From the NCBI GenBank assembly GCA_965113315.1, contig OZ220365.1: a stretch of DNA of 64,000 nt. One strand, given 5' to 3'. The notes beneath the pieces were generated by a model. The model saw only the letters and a program-made list of their open reading frames with translations. It was not told the origin of the DNA and searched no databases. Positions 49,481 to 62,529 of this stretch are shown one piece after another (within the stretch, counting starts at the first letter, position 1; every line of letters begins with the position of its first letter). A program made the position numbers and the translations under genes. The stretch is from Podarcis vaucheri (taxonomy: Eukaryota).

Positions 49481-50087
49481 CACTCCCTTAGCTCTGTGCC
49501 CAGTGGAGAAGAACTTTCCACACCACCCTAAATCCAGAACTGCCAGTGCTTTACACTCGGAAACTATATGTATTGTACACTGATTCCTGCTGTACATGAA
49601 TAAAGTGCGTAGCCTTCACCCTAAGTGTGCTTACCACCCCCAAATCACAAAGAAGGCTGCCCTTTGTCAGAACACATCCTGCATACGAATTCTGAAATAA
49701 TTCAAATCATGCTTTATTTCTACAACTAGCAGTGTCAACCTCCCATTTTATTTTTGGAGCTGTTCCAATGACAATGAATGTATTGAAATTTAGAAATCAG
49801 ATCAACAGATAATTTAAACAAACTTCTAAGATGCCCTTCATCTACTGGATCTCAGGGTGATTTTCTAATGATTAATAGAACAATTAATATTGAAAAGCAG
49901 CATCAAGACAAATCAAAGACGCACAAGAAATTTATAAAGCATCAAAATTATTTATCTATTAAACTTCTGCAAATCAAATTCAAGTAGCAGGACTCATGTT
50001 TATCATCCACAGGTGCCCTCTCCATTTTTTACTTATGCGGTCAGTTGCACTCCGTCCTGGTCACTGTCAAATGTTTGTGATATTTAC

Positions 50088-50216
50088 CTGCAAGGCATCC
50101 AATTGAGACCCAGTACGAGGAGATCTGCATTCTGGGGAGGCTGGCATCAACGACCGCACGTTCTTTTTTAGCTCTTCCAAGGTGGATTCATGAGCAGCAA
50201 TTTCAGTTTGGATTTT
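50088..50216 (-). CDS. UTRN: Utrophin exon, DMD ex31-equivalent (129 nt)
   Basis: ggcag|AAA...CAG|gtaaat; KIQTEIAAHESTLEELKKNVRSLMPASPECRSPRTGSQLDALQ. Confidence 0.93.
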
Positions 50217-50514
50217 CTGCCAAGTCGTTATTGGAAAGGCAAAAAACAGTACATGGCAGATATCAGCCTTACTAGCAATAAATCACACCACAGAAGTCTA
50301 TTATGAGTGCTACAGTGTCAACATCAGTCATGCTGGCTTTGATGATAGGCTCCTTCTTTCAAAGTCATTAGCCCTATTACAGCAGGTACTCCAATGTGTC
50401 CGCCTACACACACATACACAGCTAAATTATACGGCACAGATTCCTTTCAAGAAGCAATCTATCATCATCCTACACCCAAAAATCCTGCGTGGCAGCAAAG
50501 TCTACTGAAAATAC

Positions 50515-50676
50515 CTGTGCCTCCTGTGGCATTTGGAAGGCATCTATTCTGTCGGTCAAGTACGAAGTTAGCTGCCTATCCAGATCCTTCAAGCTCTCTT
50601 GTAGGACTTGCAACATGTGCTCGGTTTCTCGCATTGTCTGAAGCTGCTGTTCCAAGCAAATCTGTCTGCTCACTGC
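50515..50676 (-). CDS. UTRN: Utrophin exon, DMD ex30-equivalent (162 nt)
   Basis: attcag|GCA...CAG|gtattt; [54 protein letters not shown]. Confidence 0.95.
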
Positions 50677-51273
50677 CTGAATTTTGAAGCAAAAGAGTAA
50701 GTTGCACAGCATGATTACTTTTGAATTTGCACACAGAAAAATATGAATATGAAATAAAATGGGAACTGCAATTTCCTTTCTTGCTGACAAGGGCTGCAAT
50801 TTAAGCACTGAATTTTTCAAGATTATGAACCACTCCTAACAGAAGAGCATTTAATTCAGATATCCTTAACATGGGAAGCCCAAACAAAGATGTACATGAT
50901 TATGTTCCCCCATCAGCATCATTCATCTCAACATACACAAGAATGGCATGGTTGGAGGCACAGCTTGAACTCTCTAGGGAATTCTATCAATCATTTCCTA
51001 CTATAAAGGCTGCCAACATGGATGGCTTTTCCCCAGAGAAAACCCACTCCATACAGCTGAACCAGAACAAATGGCAAATGGGTTTTCGGTGGATTGATGT
51101 TTGCTCCAAGTCAGCAGTAAAGAGCGGATTTTCCAAAGGAAAGTGGTAGGACAAACAGAAAACTGCTTGGACTGTGCCTAGTGTCTAAGCAAAGTGTGGA
51201 CAAGCCCAAATCCATTAAGAAAAAGGTGATCAATGGATACTCGTGATGATGGATGTGTGTACCACCTCCAGTA

Positions 51274-51329
51274 CAGTGGTACCTCGGTTTACGAACTTAA
51301 TCCATTCCGGAAATCTTAATCCATTCCGG
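51274..51329. mobile_element. Truncated Tigger/pogo-like MITE end
   Basis: TA|cagtggtacctcggtttacgaacttaatccattccgg; the other TIR is absent. Confidence 0.65.
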
Positions 51330-52646
51330 TTGGCCTGAGGAAACAGGATGCTAGACTAGAGGAGTGCTTAATTTGATCCAGCAGGGTTTTTCTTATGTTC
51401 TTTTCATTGTTGTTCTTAGAACATTACTGCTGAAATTCATTTTGTTCATTTCTCTCTCTCTCTGTGTCTCTCTCTCTCCTTAGGCAAGATCCCTTGGGTC
51501 TTAAACATTCCTAATGCTTTCACAATCACACACTTCAAAGGTCAGGGAGCAGGTCACACTCAAAAACAGAGGTTAAGTGGTTCTTTTAAAACCACTTGGC
51601 CGTATCAGTCATCAGAACAGATGTGAATAGAGTAAGGCAATATGCAATGGAAATGTGATCAGAACTGAAAGCTGCCGCAAAGGGAGTCCCTCGCTCAAAA
51701 GAATAGCTGTGGCTCCACCAAGGTAGTATAAATTCATGGTAAGGCAGTATAACTAATAGTTGAGACAAGTCTTCCTATGAGTAGAACTCCATTTGCTGGG
51801 CACACCAACTAGAAGAGGGGCAAGGTCATTTTTGCAGAAACCCGCATCCTCTGAAAAGCTGTGGGGGGGGGGTTGAATGGGGACTGAAGGTGGAAGAGGG
51901 AAGTGGCAAAATCACCCCCTCTTCTTTCAGTGAGACTCTTCAGTGGATCTCAGTGTATTCCATGAGCAGAGGGAGTCCCTCCCTCAAAAAGTAGAAGGGA
52001 CCTTTTGGATCCAACCCTGTGTTACACATTGCTGGTAGCATCCTGCTAATCTCTAAAATGAATCTGAGTCACCAATCCAGATCTTAATCTGTTTTGTGAT
52101 TTTCAGAATTAATCTAGTTAGCCATTAATACACTTCAACTAATATTCCGCTTACAGAAAGATTTTCTTCCATTTTGCACAAAAGCTTATGGGAACATTCT
52201 CACAGTCTTTTTATTCCTTGCTTTGCATCTTACTTATGATGGCAAAAACATTAGTTTACATATTGCCTCTTACTGATTTTTAGAAGCATGGAAGGAGTCC
52301 ATTTATGAATCAACAACCCTATCATCTTTTGTTCTGCCCTGCACAGTGGATTGTGACCCACCAAGCTAAATGCAGCCAACCAGTCTGAATGTTGGCTAAT
52401 CGGGGGCTTAGTAAGGCTTCAATTTTTGCTGTGTGTCTGACAGCTGCCAAACACCTGGAAGGCTACAATGGATGATTTGTGCATTATTTGGCTTGGTGGG
52501 TAGCAAGTTGTACAGGTCTGATCTTGATACTGAGTGCCAAAGATTGCTGTCAGCTTGTGATGGCTATTTAAAGCTTTGTTACATACTAAGAATAGAGTCA
52601 TTAGTGAAAACAAATTATCCATCTTACTAAAAATACAAATTCTTAC

Positions 52647-52796
52647 CACATGACTTAATTCTTCATAGCGGGCATTGAAAGCTTCCAATTTTTCACTGAT
52701 GATTTCATCAAGGATCCCTCCATCAATCAACGTTTGGCCAAGTTCCCGAATTTGAGTCCGGTTATCAGTTGGATGGCGTAGGACAGATTCCAATGA
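52647..52796 (-). CDS. UTRN: Utrophin exon, DMD ex29-equivalent (150 nt)
   Basis: ttgttag|TCA...GTG|gtaaga; [50 protein letters not shown]. Confidence 0.95.
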
Positions 52797-54399
52797 CTAA
52801 CAAGAATTGCATTGTTAGTTTTTTTTAAAAAAATGCATCACAACAATGCAACAAAAACTAGTATAGGTAACTCAAATCTTACATTTATTTTACTTGCACC
52901 ATCACAGCTTTGGGTGGGGAATAAACAAACGGAGAGCAGAGGAAACCCACCCTCAATTTATTTCCCAGCCCCCACCCGTGCACAGCTGCAGTCGCAGACT
53001 TACTTGACTTTGGGAAGGTAGTGCACTACCTTGTGCCTCCTTGCCAAAACCCAGCACCTCGCTTACCAGCTTTGGGAAGGTGGTGGAAGGGCTCTGGGAG
53101 CCTGACGAAGCCCTTGCGCCTCCTTCCCAAAGCCAGGCAAGCATTTACATGTTTATGTGTGGACCCTCAGAACCAAATCCTCACATAAAATGTGAGTTAC
53201 CTGTATCTGAAAGCATGTGGAAACAATTATTTTAACCTGCCTGCCAAACACCAAACACATCACATGGAAGTACACTGAGTAGCTCCAGGACAACAACCAA
53301 CAAGGTTCTGCTTCTGCCAATCTGACCTGCAGCAATGATGGGACCTGAAGCAGATCCTCCTCAGCTGATCTCAAGCTATGGGGAGTTTTGCCCTGAAATA
53401 TCCAGGACCCAATGCATTTAAGACAAAGTGAGAACTCATAATTTTGCCCAGAAACACACCTGTAACCTGTTATGTTGTCTGAGCACCAGTGTTTGAACAT
53501 CATGCTGATGCGCACCTGACAGCACTTGTTAACCTGTACCCTGCTAGGCCTGCAGAACCAGCAACTTTAGCAAATACACAGAAGAGCAGCCATGATGGGT
53601 GAAAATGTAGAGGTCTGTCATTTCTGTGCAAGCAGCACTGAATGTTTTGCTAGATTTTGCTAACTGCTGTGTGAGACTGGCATCCTGGATGTTGCTAAGA
53701 TTAAAAGGAAACGTCACGCTGTCAACATAATGTTACCTACATGAAGAATACAATATCCATGGAGTCAAAACAAAGGTGAAAGCCAGTGCTGAAGTGCGTC
53801 AAAGGTGACTTAAGTGAAGAACTGCTGAAGAAGCAGGGGTCCCAGATGCACAATTCCCCTTCCCAGATAGATTATAGTCTTTGTCCTTCATGGGTCCACT
53901 CATGTGGTTAAATTAATTGAAAAGATGGAAAACTCCCATCCTCTTGGCCCAGTTTCCAATCAACATAAATAGTGTACAGAGAATCATTTTTGCTCCTTTT
54001 CACTGCTAGCTGCTACCTGCTGTCTAACTCTGCTTCACATGCTTTCACACAGCTGAAGCTCAAAAGATCCTGCCGTATCAGCCTGGATTTGTAACAATGA
54101 ACTTCAGTCCAACCTGCTAATATGCTTGGGAACTTAGAAAATCTGTTTCAAAATTAGAGGAAGTTAGGAGGAGTCCATATTAATTATTTGATTACTTTGT
54201 CAGTGCAGTCACCAAGACTTGCATATGCAATTTATATCACATAATACTTTAAGTTGCTTTATTTTCACAAACTTCATAATTTTTTAAGTTACTTGGTTAT
54301 CTTAAAATTGTATAACAACATTAAGCATTGTACACAAATAAGCCAATTGATTTGTTTCACTTGCAATCTTGAGCTTTTATCACTGGTCATGCTTTACAC

Positions 54400-54620
54400 T
54401 TTATCTCACTGGGTTGCTGCTGAGCAAGCCCTGATTGAGGGAATGCAATGAGCACTGGCCTATTGGACTGGCATACACTAGTGTTGATTGGATCCCCAAA
54501 TTTGGCCAGTTGTAGTTTCCACACCATCTTTATGAACAGCCACTCATAAAGCACTTTGCAACTGTCTAATGTAGGTGTCACTGTGGCATGGATTATAGAA
54601 TTCAGGTCACTGTCCTCCAA
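54400..54620 (-). mobile_element. Degraded L2 fragment
   Basis: IIHATVTPTLDSCKVLYEWLFIKMVWKLQL resembles HA.VTSRLDYCN.LY.GLP....KLQL. Confidence 0.65.
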
Positions 54621-54896
54621 CTGGAAAAAGGTACGCCAGTTAATTAAGGCAATTACTTAATTAAAGCACTTTTGGAAGAATTAACCCCAAAGGACATCTG
54701 TATCAATAAATAAAACCAAATATACAATAGCTTAACTATTATAAAGATTAGGCGGAACTGTTTATTCATTACAAATGCAATGATCATATGCTGTAATGTA
54801 GCAGAAAAATATTGTTCTAATAAATAAATTAAAAGTCCACGTGCATTTTCTGCCTTTTCCTTGAGCATACATGAATTGATGGAATGCCTACCATAC

Positions 54897-55031
54897 CTCA
54901 AGGGCTTCATTGACAGCATCCACTTTATCTGGCAAGTTTTCAGTGGTTTTCATCCTTTCCTCCAAAGTATTCAGCCAGGCTGTTTCTAGATCCAGATAGT
55001 GGAGCAGCTCAATCCAGCAAGACCAGACTTC
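54897..55031 (-). CDS. UTRN: Utrophin exon, DMD ex28-equivalent (135 nt)
   Basis: ccttcag|GAA...GAG|gtatgg; [45 protein letters not shown]; not in the ORF track. Confidence 0.95.
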
Positions 55032-55662
55032 CTGAAGGTGATGGGATTTCATTTAAAAAAACACAACTAAATTACATTTCAGAGACAAATCCCTATTCAA
55101 TCTAGAGAGGCACATATTTCTCAAGTTTCAGTTGGCACTCTAAACAGAGTTAGTTGTCAACCAGCAAGACCTTCATTAACCTCTGCATACACTCCACAAA
55201 TTCTTTAGCAACAAGGCCTAGCAAACCACTCTGCAGTATAGCATGTCCTATCCGGTCCCAAGTTTCACCCCCTATCCTATCTTTTGCCACACCTCAAATG
55301 CATACCGTTCCACTGGAAAGTGGAAGAGCTATGAGATAAACCAAGGGATCTTGCTCTGTACCAATACCCACATCATTACAGTATAATCTCTCTAAATAAA
55401 ATTTTGACACGCTCTGTCAGCTTAGCAAATGAAGATACGAAGGGATATTCTGCCCATGTACAGTACATAGTTGCTTTGTTTCTCCTTTGGAGATAGCCAT
55501 GATTAAACCAACAAATCTCTAAGCATAGTTTTCCAATTTCATCCAAACCAGAAAACCATGAATGTTCATTTTTGAATACAGTATGATCTTAAACCATTCA
55601 CTTGTTAAGGTGAGATATGATTTTCCAAAGCAAGCCAGTGTCTCCCTCTGGGACAACTAGAG

Positions 55663-55798
55663 CTGGCTTTCACAAACTCAGCCCTCCAGATGTTTTTGTC
55701 CTACAACTGCCATGATACCTAGCTAGCAGGACCAGTGGTCATGGATGATAGGAATTGTAGTCTCAAAACATCTGGAGGGCTGAGGCTGAGGAAGCCTG
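55663..55798. mobile_element. Palindromic hAT MITE (same family as 15834-15971)
   Basis: ctcagccctccagatgtttt / aaaacatctggagggctgag arms; TSD aactagag / aactaaag. Confidence 0.85.
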
Positions 55799-56024
55799 AA
55801 CTAAAGCATGTGTAGAGAATTATTATCTGAAATGCTTTGCAGATGTACACATGGTCACATCTGACCTCAAGTATCATTTAATATAGAAATTATGGTCACA
55901 TTAAATAAAAGTTTTCATGTTTTCTAGTTCTTCGGCTTTTCAATGATGTACTAGCATTTCCTATTGCCCAATACATCCCAGACATATGAAACATTTCTGC
56001 TGAAGTTAGATTATTCGGCAATAC

Positions 56025-56204
56025 CTCCAAAGTGTGGCATTTCCCCCGGATTCTGTTGCAGAGTAGCTGGTAATTCTCCAATACAAGGTTAAGCTCAGTT
56101 GTTAAGTCCTGACCACCAGATGGCAGTTTAGCAGCTAACATCTTAATGTTGTCTTTCAGAATTTTCACCCGCACTTCTTTCTGTAGCACATCCTCTTTTG
56201 CTCT
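56025..56204 (-). CDS. UTRN: Utrophin exon, DMD ex27-equivalent (180 nt)
   Basis: gggcag|AGA...GAG|gtattg; [21 protein letters not shown]...[11 protein letters not shown]. Confidence 0.95.
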
Positions 56205-57452
56205 CTGCCCAAAGAAAGTGATTGTTGGTCAAATGGTTACTGACAAAGACAATTATAAAGTCTTAATCTTTAGTATACAAATGGAGGTCACTACTCATTC
56301 AATTTTTTTCAATATTTCATTATAGAAGCTGGCAGGAACAGAACCATTGTGCTCCATGAAGTTTCACTTGACGCTCTGTTGTATTATTTATCACATCATG
56401 CTGTCATGTTCATCATGCTGTCAAATGACATGATTTCTAACACAACAAAGACTCTTGTAGCACCTGAAATAATTTATTATTGCATGAGATTTCAGGATGT
56501 GCAAAGACATTTATTTGAACATGATCTATCTTTCATAGGCAAACTATTGCCGTTTCAATTCATTAATATTTTTACCAAAACAGTGTTACAGAAATTGCAA
56601 AAACAACACTATAGAAAAATCCTTTACATTCGTAACATTTTTAAGCAATTCAATAAAACATTTCCCAGGTGAGTAGCCACATAAAATATGTTTGTTAGGG
56701 TGGTCCTCCCATCTCATGTCTTATTTCCAATTCTGTCACAGAGCTGAAATACCAACATGGCACTGCAATTAAAAATATCTGACAAAAAACTAAATCATGA
56801 CATAAGTTTGAATGAAAGTGGTGGTGGTAGGAAAAGGAAAGTGCACCTACTTACAGTGAATCCTATGCCCCCTCTCAGTTTGAGTGTGCAAAGTTCCCTC
56901 ATCAAATCTGCTAGCTCTGTATTCAGTTCTGCACTCTGAAAACATATAGTTTCAACCCCTTCTGTCCCTAATCCCACTACATAGCAAGATCTACAACTTC
57001 TTCCTCCGCCAGGCCCTGAAACTCCAGCAATAGTCCCAGGCCATTTGGCCAAGATAAGCAAATAGTGCCAGACCAAGTAAGAGCCACTTCTCACAATTAC
57101 ATAGGATCTCCACCACCACCACTGATTAGTTCCAGTTTTTCATAATTCATATTCCGTTCTCCCTTCCAAAAAAAGGTTTAGACACAGCGGTTCACAGTTC
57201 CTTTTTTTCATTTTGTTTCATTTTCACAAAGCCTTATAAAAGATCATTTCCTGAAACCTAAGCTACTTTCCAACATCACACCACACCCACTTCTATTATT
57301 CACTCTGGGTTTTCTAAAGCTAACATTTTTTTTAAATTAAATTCAAAAACTCACAAAAGCAATTCAAAAAAGGAATTTCTTGTTTAATAATGGATAATAT
57401 GCACATAAACTTAGAGACCCACATAACCTTTCGCACAATCACGTTTTCTCAC

Positions 57453-57623
57453 CTTCATTTCATCCACAGCATTTTCTAGCTCATCTGGACTCTTGTATTC
57501 AAAATCTCTCTCCAAATATTCTTCTTCGGCCTGAGTCATCCATTCTTGCATCTCCGTCAAATCCTTTTTGAGGTTTACAGCTTTTTCTTGACTTTCGGAC
57601 AATTGATTTTTCTGACTAATGAT
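57453..57623 (-). CDS. UTRN: Utrophin exon, DMD ex26-equivalent (171 nt)
   Basis: ctgctag|ATC...AAG|gtgaga; [57 protein letters not shown]. Confidence 0.95.
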
Positions 57624-59334
57624 CTAGCAGTTCAACCAAAAACACACAAGAGAGGTAAAAGCTATCTGCATCATTTGAAGAGAGTCTCAGCACTGATTCA
57701 ATGTAAAGTATAAATATCAGAGGATTGAAAGTTTCAGCAGCTCACTTCTAAAGTAATTATTGCATTATAAAATATCTGGCAAATACTGTTGCTATGGTTA
57801 CAAAAAAAAGATCTTTCATCACAGCTTACTAGAACTGACAGATGTAATAGAATACTATTCTGCTTATTTTTAGCTATAGAATGTTTGCTATAGTTTTAAG
57901 TCCTATAATAACACATCCATGGTTGAACATCCCTAGGATATGGATCATTCAAACAGGATGTTTATTGGAGTGAATCAACACCACAATTTACTGTTACATG
58001 TGCTTAGGTTTCTGTTACTTCAGGCAAACACACACATTATATACATATTAAATGGACAGGAGGTTCCAATGCAAATCTTATCCAGAATGAATATGTGCCC
58101 ACTGGTACTGCCTAGACTGAAGGATGCCAAGAACTAGTTGAAATGTCTGGCCTTTTAAGGGATGCCTTCCTAAAATATAATAAAACGAGGAGTAAGAAAT
58201 ACCTATCTGGGTAAATTAAACTTCAGATTCCACAGACACAATTTAAATTGGGGCAATGTTGTCTAATGGGGCAAGAAATAAAATGAGCATTCAACCAGCA
58301 CAAGCAGCAGACCTGATCTGTCATTTTTTTGCTAGTCACAAACTCTTATTTTTCTTTTGGTCTGGCAGAAAACATGGGCAGGCAAGACCTAAAAGGTCTC
58401 AGTGGCTGGAAAAGACGACACTGATTTATTAGATACCAAAAAAAGGCAGTCTAGCTGAAACAATATGCTGTACAAAGTTACAAACAAGATGATTTACTTC
58501 GGTGTTTATTGATCCCATGGCCCTCAAGCATTTATCCAGCAGCAAAACCAAGAAGAGAAAGGATATAAAATAGTTCTGTTAGAAAGATGAACCCCACCCC
58601 TACCCCCTCCTCTAAGGAAGTTTACTGTGAAGGAAGTCTTGGGTCTGTGGCCACATTGTGACCACGAATACCCCACCCAAAGAGGCCTTGCCAAGCCATT
58701 TCATTACTATTTGTCAAAAGATGACTTGCCTATGGTGCCTTTGGAAATGGTCAGTGGCGTTTGGCATTCTGTTACATAATATAATGCTTAGTGCTGAATA
58801 CATACATTATAAGCAACCATTACAATAATCCTGGAAGATAAATCACTATTCTTATCCCACATGGTCGTGTTGAGGCCAAGGGGCAGAATGACTTGCTAGG
58901 TCTACCTAAAGTTCATATCTAAGATGAGATTTGAACAGGGTGTCATTCCAGATCACAGCTTGCACTCTAACCTTCTTTGCTAAACCAATAGTAGACAGCA
59001 GTCTCGTGGTTTCACTGCCAAACAGTTAACACAGTTTCAATGTTTTAGGATGGACTGTTTCCTGTTAATGTTTATTAACTTATCTAAGTACACTTTTATC
59101 CTGCATCTCTTCCATAATGGAGCTCAAGGCAGTGCTTGTGAGATTCTCAGATGATCTCTCATCCAGGCACTGATCAGACCCAGACATTGTGTTTTAATAT
59201 GCATGTTAAATATATTATTTATATGGCTACCAAGTCTGTTATTTCAATGTATACAAGAAAGCAAATACAGTACTATGAATACAAAGTGACGGACAAGACA
59301 ATGCAAATAAAGAGTAATGCTGTCAGTAACTAAC

Positions 59335-59481
59335 CTGCTTGCTGAGTCTCTCCCATTGTGACTGGACATCTGTCAGCTTAGATTTCACCCAGGCATTAAC
59401 TGGCTGGCCTCTTAAAGCAGAGTCTATTTCTTTCATCTCCTTTAAGGACAACTCAGTCTTCTCCATTTCAGTAACAAACAG
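59335..59481 (-). CDS. UTRN: Utrophin exon, DMD ex25-equivalent (147 nt)
   Basis: aatcag|CTG...CAG|gttagt; LFVTEMEKTELSLKEMKEIDSALRGQPVNAWVKSKLTDVQSQWERLSKQ. Confidence 0.92.
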
Positions 59482-60532
59482 CTGATTACAAGAGAGAAAA
59501 CACTTTAACAACCACTTTTCAGGATACAGGCAGAAATGTTGTCCATTTCCGAAGGCATTGTGCAAATACTTCTGATTCTATTTTTTATAACTCCTAAATT
59601 ACTCCACATGCAAAATTATTTTAAAATAAATATCCAGTTGCATACTTTCATCTGAGTCTGAAAATGGATCCAATCCAGAGAGCTTCTTCAGGTGTGTGAG
59701 GGTTTGTATTCAACTACAGGGAATTCTTTTCTCTGAATAGCTTTGAGCAGCTGCTGCCCACACACAAATATTACATTACAAATGGCTTGTGAAAATCTCA
59801 ACTTGCAAAGAAAATTTGTGTCATATATTATGATGGGCTGTTGATGTCATGGAGTTTCCTGAGCAGTTATCTGGATTTTGGCCATTGTCTCTTTCTATTC
59901 AGGAATGGTCTCACAGTCAAGACTCAAAAGGGTATCAAGGGTACTCTGGCTCTGTCCCCACTACCTATAGTGATAAATTCAGTCAACTAAAAACCTTACA
60001 GCTACTAGGCTGGTTAATATACAAAGAACTGTGCAACAGTCCCTGTGCCCAAAAGAGGCTTATTTGATCTTATGCTTCTTGAATAGCAGACCAGTATGCC
60101 AGATGGCAACCCACTTTTGGAAGCAAGTAAACTCTAAATAAGCTTGGAATATGTGGGTCTAGTCTTCTATTCAAAAGGAGAATATGATCAAATATCATGA
60201 CAGGCACACCCAATCACACAGGAAAGGCAGATTTTTGGAAACCAGTTATAATGGCTGCAATCATATACTATGGAGGGTACTAACCTCACACTTCAATTTA
60301 ACCATACTGAAATACATCTATATTTTAGGGAAAGTGTGCCCGTACTTTTGTGTTTTTTGAATGCATGGCACAATTCAAATAATATCAGCACAATTGCACT
60401 TTTCTCCCAATCTCCCTATGACCGATGTAGTTTTTATTTTGTTTTTATTCCAACAGCATCTCCACGTGGGCAAAGCTCCAGCTAATTTATAGGCTACTCT
60501 GAAGACTTCATCATCAGATCTTGCAGCATTAC

Positions 60533-60862
60533 ACACGGGTTGCACTGTGGGTTAAACCACGGAGTCTAGGACTTGCCCATCAGAAGGTCGGTGGTTCGAA
60601 TCTCCGCGACAGTGTGAGCTCCCGTTGCTCAGTCCCAGATCCTGCCAACCTAGCAGTTCGAAAGCACATCAAGTGCAAGTAGATAAATAGGTACCGCTCC
60701 GGTGGGAAGGTAAACAGCGTTTCCGTACGCTGCTCTGGTTCTCCAGAAGTGGCTTAGTCATGCTGTACACTGGCTCCCACGGCCAATAAAGCGAGATGAG
60801 TGCCGCAACCACAGAGCCAGCCACAACTGGACCTAATGGTCAGGGGTCCCTTTACCTTTACC
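60533..60862 (+). mobile_element. Sauria SINE
   Basis: B box ggttcgaatctcc, shared body, tail cctttacctttacc. Confidence 0.92.
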
Positions 60863-61150
60863 TATCTCTCTGTTAGAAATCTTCATTTAAACAAAATAAG
60901 TGAGACAGTTCTAGTATTCCTATCTATATTGTAATACTGAACCGGCTCTCAAATTTTTAAAACGAGGTTCCACAACTGCATTTTAGTACTATGTTATCAG
61001 GGAACAAAGGAATGCAAAACACACTTTTGTGTTGCTTTATCCTTTTTTGACAGAGAGGGGTTTTTATGAAATGCACTATATAATGCTTTGAAGTAGCCAA
61101 AGAATAACAGAGGAAAATAAGCAACTCTGTTCTACATTAGCAGGGCTTAC

Positions 61151-61264
61151 CATGCATTGATCAAGCTGTCTCTGAAGGCCTTCAGGATCCCTTTGGATTG
61201 CTTGCTCTTTCATTAAGAAGTCTTTTACACCATCCAGCCACTTCTGAACCAGTTTTGAATCCGT
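61151..61264 (-). CDS. UTRN: Utrophin exon, DMD ex24-equivalent (114 nt, phase 0/0)
   Basis: ttctgttcag|ACG...ATG|gtaagc; TDSKLVQKWLDGVKDFLMKEQAIQRDPEGLQRQLDQCM; not in the ORF track. Confidence 0.93.
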
Positions 61265-61474
61265 CTGAACAGAACATAAAAAAATGTAATTAACTGTTTT
61301 AACCTATTTGTCTTCCAGATTGGAAAACCCCAAATACAATAGTAATCCCAACTTGCTCCCCCCCCCCATTGTCAGGCTCATGTAAAGATTTGCTAACCAA
61401 AAACCCAATTATAGACTAGCTAATAATCCAAATTCTGGACAAATGGCACCAACACTGGAGGAAGAGAAATAAAA

Positions 61475-61660
61475 ACACACAAAGAAGCCTGGCGGATCAG
61501 ACCAAAGGCCCGTCTAGTGCAGCATCCTTTTCTCACAGTGACCAGCCAAATCCCTATGAAAGTCCACAAGCAGGACCTGAGAGCAACACTGCTCCCCCCC
61601 CCCAATCTGTGATTTCTAACAACTGGCACTCAGAAGCATACTGACTCCGTTAAGTGGGGG
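61475..61660 (-). mobile_element. CR1-type 3' UTR fragment
   Basis: Reverse complement of the cactgtgagaaaaggatgctgcactagacgggcctttggtctgatcc motif; related copies lie near 8850, 13010, 14340, 33530 and 51340. Confidence 0.65.
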
Positions 61661-62529
61661 CAGCTCACTCAAATCTTCTGTACCAGCATAGAACATGGGT
61701 TTGAAGGGTTTGAGGCATTTTGAAAACAGAGCAATAAGCAACTGGCTTGTGAGATAAAAGCATAATTTCATACTGTCAGAAAAATCTGAGTTGTAAACAT
61801 AGCTCCTTCTGGCGTTAACACAGACTTTGCTTGCAGAAGCACAAAATTGGTAGATTGCCTCCTCCCCCTTCTGTCAGCAGGATCCTTCACTGAATCAAAA
61901 ACCTTCCATTGACAGAAGGAGCCCTTTTATTCACAGGAGGTGAAATTAGGATCCAACCCAATAATTACATTTCACCACAACTGCCAACAGCAGCAATCAT
62001 GCACTATTAATGGAATGGTGCTTAGAGAACTACAACAAAAAAGAGAACTCACTGCCCCCAAGAGCCTAACACTTCCTACAAAAGATGAGCTTTGAAATTT
62101 CAGTGATATGAAAGAGGCATGGTGTCATGGTATTCTAATAAGGAGTTCCAGAGAAGGGAGACATGACAAAGTAATTTTAGTGCAGGGTGGTTGAACACAC
62201 AGCCCAAGAGCTGCATGTGTCCCTTGGGGCCCCTTTTTGGTGGTCCTCAGCAACATTTCATGCCTCCTCTACAGCCCTTGCACTGCCTTTCCAGTGTCGT
62301 CACTGGGCTTTGAGAAAGAGGTGTGAGGACAGGGTCCTAGAGTCTTCCTGCCTCCTTCCCAAAACCTAGTTAGCATTTTCCCAGCTTTGGGAAGGAGGTG
62401 GGAGAACTCTAGGACTCTGACAGAATGTTGTGCCTCCTTCCCAAAGCCAGGTACCTCACCTATCCAGCTTTGGGAGGACAGCACCAGGTCTGGGGGTCGT
62501 CAAATTTTGACCTTGCCTTCCCCCTCCTA

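Noticed and set aside
49297-49597. Poly-His and poly-(IT) ORFs
   Set aside because: They are translations of a GAT/GATGGT microsatellite.
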